DNA of 63,385 bases, filler included, from Lenisia limosa (taxonomy: Eukaryota; Protista; Breviatea), in NCBI GenBank assembly GCA_001655205.1. It is 14 parts of 14 records of this genome, joined end to end, with 100 filler letters (N's around TTAATTAATTAA, not from the genome) between each part and the next. Parts side by side here need not be neighbours in the genome. Positions count along the whole stretch, not along the records: positions 26,431 to 31,252 come from LPNZ01006046.1; positions 31,353 to 33,827 come from LPNZ01007536.1; positions 33,928 to 36,500 come from LPNZ01002678.1; positions 36,601 to 38,332 come from LPNZ01004683.1; 10 more parts are not named here. The stretch is one strand, 5' to 3'. How positions within the stretch are numbered: position 1 is the stretch's first letter; each line of letters begins with the position of its first letter. This document shows, in pieces, positions 28,225-38,432 of the stretch. The notes beneath the pieces were generated by a model, which did no database searches, was not told the origin of the DNA, and was given only the letters and a program-made list of their open reading frames with translations. The position numbers and the translations under genes are program-made.

Positions 28225-31047
28225 TTAGCAAAGCTTGTAGTTTGGATAGGTGTCATCGGCCCCGTCGTTTTCATCGGTGAAGTTCAGAATTTGGCTAAAA
28301 ATTGAACTCAATTATGTATTTTTCTGTAAATCATGTAATTAATTTTTGAGGATATTACTTGACAAAATTTGAAATGTAAGATCTTAAATATGTCTCACTT
28401 CAAAATTTCAAAGTTGTTTCAATTAACTGCACGGAGAATGGATTTTTTCATATCCCTAGATTGTTTATTCTTCTTATTCTCGAAAATCATTTATTTTAAC
28501 CCCCGACTACAATATACGGCGCATCGACTTGGGATTCTTGTGAAAATGTTGATTTTGAATGGGAATTAAATTTAAACATTAAAACCCCCCGGCCCCTCAT
28601 ACTTTAGTAAGTCAGTGAAGGTGTCGAAGGCAGGACAATACGCCCACCCGTCTCTCATCTAATCAATCAAATCTTAGACTACGTCCAATGAATTAAAAAA
28701 TTAATTTCAAAAGAAGTGGGCATATTAGAACGAGAACCCTATTCCACACTTTAATTCCTATTTGTGTCAATTGATTTTCTCAAAAAACTAAGTGCAAGTA
28801 AATTGTAAGTTTTCACTAGTTGGCTCCAGAAAATTTTTTATTTTTAAAAGTTAAAATGATTTTTAAACAGTTCTTAAGAGTATTTCAGCATTTTTAGGTT
28901 TTTGATTTATCGCAATATGAATTTCTTTTCAAACACTTTAGTTTCAAATTCCGTCAATAAATTGCCTCATCAATTGCCCGTGGAAAAGAACAGTTAAAGG
29001 TCCTGAAAAACTGATTATTTTAGATAAATTTTAGATAAATAGCTGACCTCATTTACTACAATCTAATATTTCTAATATGTGAATGGCTTCGTTCAGATAC
29101 TATAATCTAATATCTCTCATAAGCATAAGCGTGATGGTGTGGCTTGTTTTATTTCTCATCTCTAGTACAGCAGATGTAATGTACTGCCATTGGGGCTTCA
29201 TTTCGCTTCGAAAAAAGACTGAATGTCTCGATAAATATCGATATTTCCCCGTTTATTTTTCGAACCGAAGTGAAGCCCTAGCTACAACCCAATATCGGCT
29301 GACTTGCACCGAGTCTACCCCAACCTTTTCTTGGTCGAGGGTGACGATGGTAGGCTTCTTTTTATTGCGGAAGTCAACAGCAAACCTACCAGGGGCGTAA
29401 AATTGATGAAATGAAGGGTCATAGGGGGGGGGGGGGGNNNNNNNNNNNNNNNNNNNNNNNNNNNNNNNNNNNNNNNNNNNNNNNNNNNNNNNNNNNNNNN
29501 NNNNNNNNNNNNNNNNNNNNNNNNNNNNNNNNNNNNNNNNNNNNNNNNNNNNNNNNNNNNNNNNNNNNNNNNNNNNNNNNNNNNNNNNNNNNNNNNNNNN
29601 NNNNNNNNNNNNTCCATTCCTCAACCATGTCCTTGAGGTCTTCAATTGTTTCATCACTGAAAGGATCAGAAGGCCATCATTGCAAGGTACATGTATTATA
29701 TAGCGAAATATGATGGAACTAGTACTTCACCTCGGTTCAAAAGAAGACTGAATGACTCGATATACTATCGACATTTCCAGGAGTTTTTTTCGAACCGAAG
29801 TGAAGCCCTAACACTTATGTCCGATACCTTACTTTGGCAATTAATCTTGTCAAGACCTTATTTAAAAGTAGCAATTCAATCAAGATACTACCGACCTTCA
29901 TAAAAGAACAAAAAAAAAAAAAAAATTTTGGGTACGTATGTGAGAATTAGGGCTTCCCTACGGTCCCAAAAAAGACGGAAATTCTCGATAAAACCTCGAT
30001 AAATATCGATATTTTAACGGTCTTTTTCGGACCGTATGGAATCCCTAGTGATATAAGGGCATTCAAGTCTGGATGAATATTGGTACTTCAACAGTGTGTA
30101 TGGGTTCTAGTCCCCCAAGCACCGGTATTTTTCGAACTGAAGTGAAGCCCTAGTTACATAAATTCGGTCATTTCAGGAACCGAAAACGAAGTCCTAATTA
30201 GCGCCTCACTTCGGTTCGAAAATATTAGTAAAATATCAATAATTTTCGAGGATTAATCGAGAAATTCAGTCTTTTTTCGAACCGAAGTGAAGACCCAGCC
30301 CTAATACTGGGTATCGCCAAAGGACGCGATTCCGTGGATTTCGCAGTCCGCAACCCATCCTCCGTTCTTGAGATTTCCTGGGGGGGGGGGGGGGGNNNNN
30401 NNNNNNNNNNNNNNNNNNNNNNNNNNNNNNNNNNNNNNNNNNNNNNNNNNNNNNNNNNNNNNNNNNNNNNNNNNNNNNNNNNNNNNNNNNNNNCACCACA
30501 TCCCATCACTCGGGGAGTGAGTGAAACGATGGGAATTTCGAAGATGAATATTGGCTTAAAGGTACAAAACTCCAAACAAACAACAACAGATACGAGCAAC
30601 CAACGAACACGACAAAAAGAAGATAGACAAAAATACAAAACAAGCCCAAGCCAGCTTAAATTTCCATGTTCAAATCAATACGGTTGGCTAGAAACACACT
30701 AGAGTTGAAAACACCCACCAACCTCCATCCTGGATTTCCATTGCGAAATTTTTCATGTCCTCAGGAATCTCAAATCCGTATAAATCTTCAATTTTCTGGC
30801 GGTGGGGGGGGGGGGGTAAATTGGAAAATTTCGAAANNNNNNNNNNNNNNNNNNNNNNNNNNNNNNNNNNNNNNNNNNNNNNNNNNNNNNNNNNNNNNNN
30901 NNNNNNNNNNNNNNNNNAAATTTTTTTCGTTTCATCAAATTTCATTTCATTAACAAATTGAGTCTTTATCACCACCCAAACCTTGATGTCATCGGCAGTG
31001 GCACGATGCTCGGTCACTTCTTCAAAAATGTCTTCCGCGTAAAATGT
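28225..31047 (-). CDS. SUKH / SMI1-KNR4 family protein, spliced, 5' end uncertain
   Basis: Exons 31047-30982, 30795-30723, 30377-30308, 29656-gap, ~29385-29325, 28658-28603 and 28294-28225 translate as ...HRATADDIKKIEDLYGFEIPEDMKNFAMEIQDGG...IHGIASFGDTHDETIEDLKDMVEEW...FAVDFRNKKKPTIVTLDQEKMRDGWAYCPAFDTFTDLLNQIL...YKLC*. This fits the SUKH pattern AT..I...E..LG..LP.DY..F....NGG ... D.......P.V...D.E ... F.EFL. Confidence 0.8.
30199..30297 (-). mobile_element. hAT-type MITE copy beside a splice donor of the SUKH gene
   Basis: Flanks GTCCTAAT / GCCCTAAT (7 of 8 identical). Confidence 0.85.
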
Positions 31048-31493
31048 CTGTAAAAAAAAAAATGTCATCACAGGATATTAAAAGAAAAAAAATGACAAAA
31101 TTTGAAATTAAAGTGTTTGAAAGAGCGTTCTGGTTACAGTATGTCCCTCGTCAAATTTAATTCCACGTAGCCAATGTTAAATATCTGTATAAATGGGCGC
31201 GAGATCATGATAGTATGTTTATGTTATCTGTGGATATTATCAGGGAAGAGGANNNNNNNNNNNNNNNNNNNNNNNNNNNNNNNNNNNNNNNNNNNNTTAA
31301 TTAATTAANNNNNNNNNNNNNNNNNNNNNNNNNNNNNNNNNNNNNNNNNNNNAGACTGCAAGGCTTCAATGCTTGTTAAATCGAGATTATTCAGCATAAT
31401 TTTTAATAGGTGGAGGACGAAGCAATCCATGTTGCCGCTGTATAAAGAACAAGCTAACTTTTGATAAAATACACAATTTCAAATAATGCCTAC

Positions 31494-33375
31494 ACGTTGC
31501 CTCCAATTAAGAAACCCGTCTCAGGTACACAGACTGAACGGTCTGTCTGTCCCATAAGAAAATGTCCAGTGTTTTCCGGACATAGAATGCACGAAAGTCC
31601 GTCAACACCGTATTCGTCTGTGACGTTAAAAACATATACTCACCAATCATTTTAAGATGGGGGCCTTAGTCTAGTTAAAGCCAATCAAGATACAAACTAG
31701 AAGAAACTATGTCATCCTTTGTGGAATTCAAAAGATTACCCCCCGACCCCCACCCTCCAACAGAAATATCAGATACCTAAAGCTTCACTTCGACCCAAAA
31801 ACAGACTGAATTTCTTGAAAAATCCTCGAAAACTATCGATTTGGTTTTTTTGAACCAAATTGAAGCCCTGCAACTACCCCCACCCCCCAACTATTTCCGC
31901 AATTTTGACATGAATTGGCAATATTGAACTGGCCTGCAGGACAATTACCGCACATAACNNNNNNNNNNNNNNNNNNNNNNNNNNNNNNNNNNNNNNNNNN
32001 NNNNNNNNNNNNNNAAAAAAAAAAGGAAAATTTGTGAAAAAAACACCAAAATTTACTCTGCTGGTTGACAACAACACAAACAAAGACAAGTCCAACCCGA
32101 GGCCAATCACAAATCTATCCGTAATTCTCCCCACCCTCCAAAACCAACCTAAACTTGACAACATAGAGTTGGGACACTCGGTCAGGGAGTTAATCAGTCC
32201 CCTAGAAGGAAGATTCCACGGGACTTCCACGCAGCCCACAGCAGGATGTACATAGTAGTTTTCAGGGCATTGAATACAGGACGTTTGGTTGTTATTGGGC
32301 ATTGACCCTGATGTGTCAGAACACGAATATGTTGAAATTAGATTAACACAACATACAGCATAATCCAGTAAAATATCGATAGTTTTCGAGGATTTATCGA
32401 GGTTGTATCTTCACGAATACGACAACAACACCAAGAGATACTAGTGAAAATAAGAATAGCTAAGAAGCAAAAAAAAATGGGGCAGGTTTATGAACAGTTT
32501 TTGTATTGAGCCTTCAAACATAGGTAATCATTCACAAAACAGAAAAACAATCAAACCAATCACCTCGATTTAATAGAGCCAAAACCACGCCAACCTGACG
32601 CGCAAGGCGTGCACGTGTTTCCTGAAACTGCCGAATTCGGCGGACAAAGCATACAGCGTCCCGGGTAGAGGGAATGATCCGCCACTGTACCGTCTGAAGA
32701 AGGTTAAACAAAATATGGTTCTAAAAGATCGAGAGTAAGAGAGTTATAATGGGTGCTAGGCAATAGTCATAATTGGGTGTCAGGAAATAGTCATAATCGG
32801 TTGTCAGGAAATCCATTCAGAGAGCTGCATCTTTTTATGAAGACAAAGAATGTGACTGAAATAAAAAATGAACTTTGATCGATACAAATAAATACAAAAC
32901 TATTTCTCATGTTTAAGGCTTCCCGACAGTCAGAAAAAGACCAGTAAAATATCGATAGTTTTTGAGTATTTATCGGAAATTTCAGTTTTTTGGGACCGTA
33001 GGTAAGCTCTACTTGTGTTAACAACCGCGACCAGACGAACCATTTAGATCAATTTTCAGTGATCGGAATGTAAGTCTTGACCGATTTTTCTTGTGAAATC
33101 ACATTGCAAATCGGTCAAGACTTATCCCAGTCACTGTATATATTCACAGTCTGTCAAAATTGAAGACCTTATATAACCGAAACCTATTTAGCGTAATCGA
33201 TAACTTATGGTATTTGTTTATGCTATCCCTATGTATTTATTCGTTTCTGTTTTTCTCTAATATTTACTGTTGAAACAACGAAGGAAATATGTACCAAGAG
33301 AAAGCAAAAGTCATTCCTGAATACATACCAGGGCAGTCCGCTTTGGCAGTGGACGAATCGCTGATGTAATACTTT
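31494..33375 (-). CDS. Fragment of a second Cys-rich (GCC2/GCC3- or furin-like repeat) extracellular protein
   Basis: Exons translate GRCMLCPPNSAVSGNTCTPCASGW (32693-~32570), TSCIQCPENYYVHPAVGCVEVP (~32300-32150), CGNCPAGQFNIANSCQNCGN (~31955-31895) and NEYGVDGLSCILCPENTGHFLMGQTDRSVCVPETGF (31617-31494). Confidence 0.75.
31778..31870 (+). mobile_element. hAT-type MITE copy
   Basis: Flanks CAGATACC / CAACTACC (6 of 8 identical). Confidence 0.8.
32914..33011 (-). mobile_element. hAT-type MITE copy (TIR variant B)
   Basis: TAAGGCTTCCCGACAGTC left end; flanks CTCATGTT / CTTGTGTT (6 of 8 identical). Confidence 0.8.
33057..33136. mobile_element. Tc1/mariner-type MITE (family 3)
   Basis: CAGTG...CACTG termini with TA on the right flank; perfect 17-bp inner inverted arms TAAGTCTTGACCGATTT (33071-33087) / AAATCGGTCAAGACTTA (33108-33124). 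Confidence 0.75.
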
Positions 33376-34091
33376 CTGAACTAAAAAGGTGAAAATGATT
33401 TCGTCAAGTCTACCCATCAGTAAGGGTTCACCTCGGTTCCAAAAAATTCTGATTCTCCACAAATCCTCGATAGGTTTTGATATTTTGTCAGTTCTTTGGA
33501 ACCGAAAGTGAAGCTCTAGTCAATAGCCTTAAGTACTTCGGAATATTATGATTACTAAGATGGCTATCTATTCCAATGTAAAATGTACTTTCAAACTCGT
33601 GGGCGCGGAAGTATGGTAATTTGCTTCAGGTATCCCTATCTGTTTATTGATTCCCCCTAGATTTTTAATGTATATTATATCTCTTGTTCAAACAATTACT
33701 CTCAAAACAAAAGAATTCTGCGATATTTGTAACTAAAAATCATATCATAAAATGATACAATAACAATAAAATGCATGCCATCATCCACACTGCTTCCCTT
33801 CTTTCCTGCTGTCCGTAATCTCTGATCNNNNNNNNNNNNNNNNNNNNNNNNNNNNNNNNNNNNNNNNNNNNTTAATTAATTAANNNNNNNNNNNNNNNNN
33901 NNNNNNNNNNNNNNNNNNNNNNNNNNNGACCGGGGGGAACCGATTTAATCTAAATACTTCAAGTTATTAATGCTAATGATTCACCCGTAGGACTTCCCCA
34001 CGGTTCTGAACAAACCGATAAAATGTAGATATTTTGCATTTATCGAGAGCACCATTCTTTTTTGGGACCGTAGGCACTTATCCTTTCCTAG

Positions 34092-35850
34092 GCCGAAGGT
34101 CGTATAAGCCGATGAACATTTTCGAAACAGGCCGGAGGGTTTTAGACTTCAGTGGCAATCTCCTAGGGTTCCAAAGTGCTAGCGGTGGGGGGGGGGGTTT
34201 AGACTAGTGTGGGGTTTTTATCGTGGTGGTGGTGGNNNNNNNNNNNNNNNNNNNNNNNNNNNNNNNNNNNNNNNNNNNNNNNNNNNNNNNNNNNNNNNNN
34301 NNNNNNNNNNNNNNNNNNNNNNNNNNNNNNNNNNNNNNNNNNNNNNNNNNNNNNNNNNNNNCGTTTATAATTGACTCTTTCAAGAGGATGAATTTATTGA
34401 ATTTTTGACATTTTTTTCGTGGAAGAATGTTGAAAAATCCTTGGTTATCAGCAAAATATGTTTTAACACATTTCCAGTTGGAAAAGTCTCCCCCCGGGCG
34501 CCAACTTCGCGCTCTGCCCCCAAGCCCAAAGCATCAAAAACCAAAAAGACTCCCGTCCCGGCTAAACCCTCGAAATCCGCTGCAAGCAAAGCTAAGAAGC
34601 CTCCAACCTCAAAATCATCATCCTCAGCTCAACGAATAGCTAAAATGACGAAAGCCACTCCTTCAACAAGATCCACAAGATCTACAAGAAGCACATCAGC
34701 ATCACCTCCATCGAAGTCTTCTCGAACTTCACGAAGTGCCAAAAGTGCACCCGCCCCGAAGCCTTCAAGAAGCACGAAGGCTTCCCCAACATCATCTAAA
34801 GCCACCACCAAATCACCCAAAACCACCAAGACGACACACTCAGTTAAATCGAAGACTGCTCCCCCCACACGAACCTCCCGATCAGCTAAAAACACAAAGC
34901 CAGCCCCTCTCCCTAAAGCATCATCATCCAGAAACACTAAACCTGTTCCCCCACCAAAGCCCTCAGTCAGCAAATTCCAGCCGAGAGCAAGAAAGCCCGC
35001 CCCGGTCAAACCCCCTCCGAAACCCTCACTTATCAAAACCGTCAAGTCCGTGCCGCCCTCCCCTGTGGTTCCCCAACTAAAAACCACCCCGCGACCGGAA
35101 GTGCCTATCATCAAGCCGACTCATGTCGTGGCAGGGTCTGATGGTGATGATTTTGATGACGATTATGATGCAGAGGACGAGGAGGAAGAGGAGAGTGATA
35201 GTGAGAGTGATGGGGAAAATGACTACGAAAGTGATAGTACGTTGCAGGGAAGGAATGCGAAGACTCCAACTCAGAGTGAAGATGACTGGACTGAAAATGT
35301 GGGATGGCGTAAGCATGTCTTCCTCTTATATGGTCGTATTTGGATCAGTAATTAGAGAGATGGATATGAGAGATGTATGAAAAAAAATCGTTCCTTTCTC
35401 CCGCCTTGCATAACTTCTCGTTTCTCTTCGCCGTTTTTTACCCTCAAGGAAATTCAGGCTCTTCTCAAAGCGCGTGAAGAAGTCGCAGCAGATGTCAGAA
35501 ACTATTGGGAGTTAATTGCTATGGTGGGGGGGTGGGGGGATTATTGGGAGCAAGTAAGAATATGCTATGATGAAAAAAAGCTACTTTCTATGGTGAGAAC
35601 TTATTGGGCTGTGTGTACAGAGTTGTTAGGTAAATGATTGTTTGAATAAATATTAATCTTTAATCCAGTACTATAGAGATAGCGATAAGTCCGGGCACGG
35701 ATATTAAGCTTTATCTTTAGTCAATCATGTCAAGACGTATCGTGGTCACTGTAATGGAGAGATGAAATATGGTTCCACTGGACATATGATATAGGTGTCA
35801 CTCTGTTCATATAACTGGAGACTTTTCTCTGACCACTCAGCGCGTGCCGG
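34092..35850 (+). CDS. Probable chromatin protein: long basic Ser/Thr/Pro/Lys tract, acidic tract and a DDT-like helix
   Basis: Large exon 34468-35309 inside ORF 34405-35355 (KSPKTTK/PAP repeats, then DDDFDDDYDAEDEEEEESD). Following exons give EIQALLKAREEVAADVRNYWELIAM|VSLCSYNWRLF, recalling the RxWWEVPAIAHFCSLF helix of CECR2/RSF1-type DDT domains. Coding status is clear; the family call is weak. Confidence 0.55.
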
Positions 35851-36719
35851 GTAAATCTGCCACGGCGTGTTTCGATGCAACCCGGAAGTGGACTGGTTTG
35901 GGGGGACGGAATATTCTGGAATTTGGAATATTGGAATTTTATTTTTTTTGGTTGGGGGAGTATTCAAGTTTTTTTTCAATGAGGATTCGCAAGAGTCTGG
36001 AATGCTGATCGAATGATATTTTTGTTATATGCTCTTTTTTTTATCATTTGACCGCGGAAGTCAGTTATATGATCGTATTGCTAGTGGATAGGGCACACCA
36101 TTTCGAGATATCACAAGTTGATACATCATTAGTGGATGTGGACATTATTTTACTTCAACAGCAGCTCCAATGAAGGAGCGAACAGTGAAGTCCCCATCAA
36201 CAATCCTGAGTGGTATGCAGGGGGACTGTGACACGTAATTATTTGTACCATATTTTGTCATAGTTGGATTTGGGGTGCTATTTCTAAAACTTCATCCCAC
36301 TTCGGGTGACCAGGTGGGACTCTGCTCGTATTTGTATTTATATCATATGCCCATGTGTGTTTTTGCTTGTTTTTGACAATTACCCTGGAGTAATGGGATA
36401 GGGTGTTGCAGAAGCGACTGGCCAGGGCTTTGTTTGTTGTTGTCAACTCTCGTGTACTGCGAGCCAACATATATATATACATATACAGTGTATATATATA
36501 NNNNNNNNNNNNNNNNNNNNNNNNNNNNNNNNNNNNNNNNNNNNTTAATTAATTAANNNNNNNNNNNNNNNNNNNNNNNNNNNNNNNNNNNNNNNNNNNN
36601 TTTTCATTTTTTTGCAAGAACACTCTGAAAAACTCCTTTGGTCTCAGGGATTCGACGTGTTGTGGAATTATGTCACATTTTATTCAGTTGCGAAATGACG
36701 TCGGGGGGACCGATGTATG

Positions 36720-37930
36720 GTTAGGGCTACCATTCAGAGCAAATGACGTTAATGCGAGTTCTTGGTAAGCGTTTCCTTGACAAAGAAATGTGACGCAAAT
36801 TACCTGCATCGACGCAAGAGCCCAAAGTACTAGAGGGACGTAAAATATTTTTACACACTTCACCACACTTCGTGTGGATGGGATCATGGTGGGCATGTCC
36901 TTGATGCCAATATATCGACACCATCAATGGCCAAGGTCTCGACCTCGTCATCATCTGAGGGGATGGTAGCCATGAGGGAACTTTTGAGATCATCAACGCA
37001 CAAATGCAAGAAAAAATGGTGGCAATCCTGAAGGGTCAAAACCATCAGTAGAAATAATATACCAACGCTGAGGGAGGTCCTGGGCCGTGGGTCTTGGTCG
37101 AGGCGCAGTAAATGGAAGTAAGCCGTGACATGCCTCAGCAAATGGGCGGGTAAAGGCTTTTGAAGGCCTGACCCTCCGAATACCACGACTTTTGCCAGAT
37201 AAATGATTTCACATTCTGTAGGAGGAACAAACTTGATTCAGAGCTAAAGCGTTATTTCAGGAGGATAAAAAGAATGGCGCACTCCGAACTGCCTTTGGTT
37301 GCACAATATTGAATCCCAACACGTCAACATACTCCTCTTCCCTGCATCGGTGCAATCTTGAAATATTAATATTATCTTAAATAGAATTGAACACAAATGA
37401 ATATTCTTTTTAACTAATCTTACCTTTGGTGATTGAAACTTGAACGGACTGACATGACCTGGGAATAAAATTAACTGGTTGGAATATTTATCATTTAAAA
37501 TGTAATTGGTTCTCTCTGCATTCGTGCAGAGATTAATACTAATGCATGAAGACAATCAAGGAAGACCAAAGATACCCACTCTTTTTGTGACTTTTGCTTC
37601 AGCAAGATACTTATTTCGGTAAATGATAACCCTGATCGATAAGATTGTTCTGCAATTGTCTCATTTTAACAAAATAACTACAATAATATGAGACCACTGA
37701 AATCAACAGTCTTCAGAACACGACATAGCTCCCCACTCACTCTTTGTGACACTCTCTGTCGTTTTCTTTTGTGAGTGAGTGGGTAGAGCTTGCGAAGATG
37801 CTCACTGCGGAGTGAAAAATAAAACTGTTGTTTGAATAGAGGCTACCTTTATGACAGAAACATAAAATTCAGAATACACTTCAAACCGGGTTTAAACTAG
37901 AATACCAGCAGAGTTTACGCTGTTCAGAAA
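36720..37930 (-). CDS. Possible multi-exon gene fragment, product unknown
   Basis: GC-richer blocks flanked by AG/GT on the minus strand (e.g. FLNSVNSA; VSIFASSTHSLTKENDRECHK; EEEYVDVLGFNIVQPK). A consistent model could not be built. Confidence 0.3.
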
Positions 37931-38432
37931 CTCAAAAACAAGTACGAACATGTATGACAATGATATAATGATGAGGTTTTGATATTTAAGCATTAGAATA
38001 TGCACCCCCGCATTGCTATTGCGTATCACTCTACGTCCTTAAATTTACTCCTCACTCATTCCCTTTCACCATTATTGTCCTGTGAAAATTCTTTTTTTTA
38101 CCCTCCTGGGTTGATTTTGGGCTTTTTGTTTCATAAGTTGTTCTCTTTTATTTTCGCAGTGTTGGAAAAACGCATCCCTGCGAGCAGCATTTGCCACCTG
38201 GAAGGACACCATCAAAGGCTACATTGAGGCTAAGGTGGGGGTTGAATTGGTAGTGCGAATTTTCTTCATGGAAGATGCTTCATGTCGAAATAAAGAATCC
38301 CTCTCTCTCTCTCTCTCTCTCTCTCCCCCCCCNNNNNNNNNNNNNNNNNNNNNNNNNNNNNNNNNNNNNNNNNNNNTTAATTAATTAANNNNNNNNNNNN
38401 NNNNNNNNNNNNNNNNNNNNNNNNNNNNNNNN

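Noticed and set aside
34629-35114. 161-aa minus-strand ORF
   Set aside because: Antisense shadow of the low-complexity exon 34468-35309.
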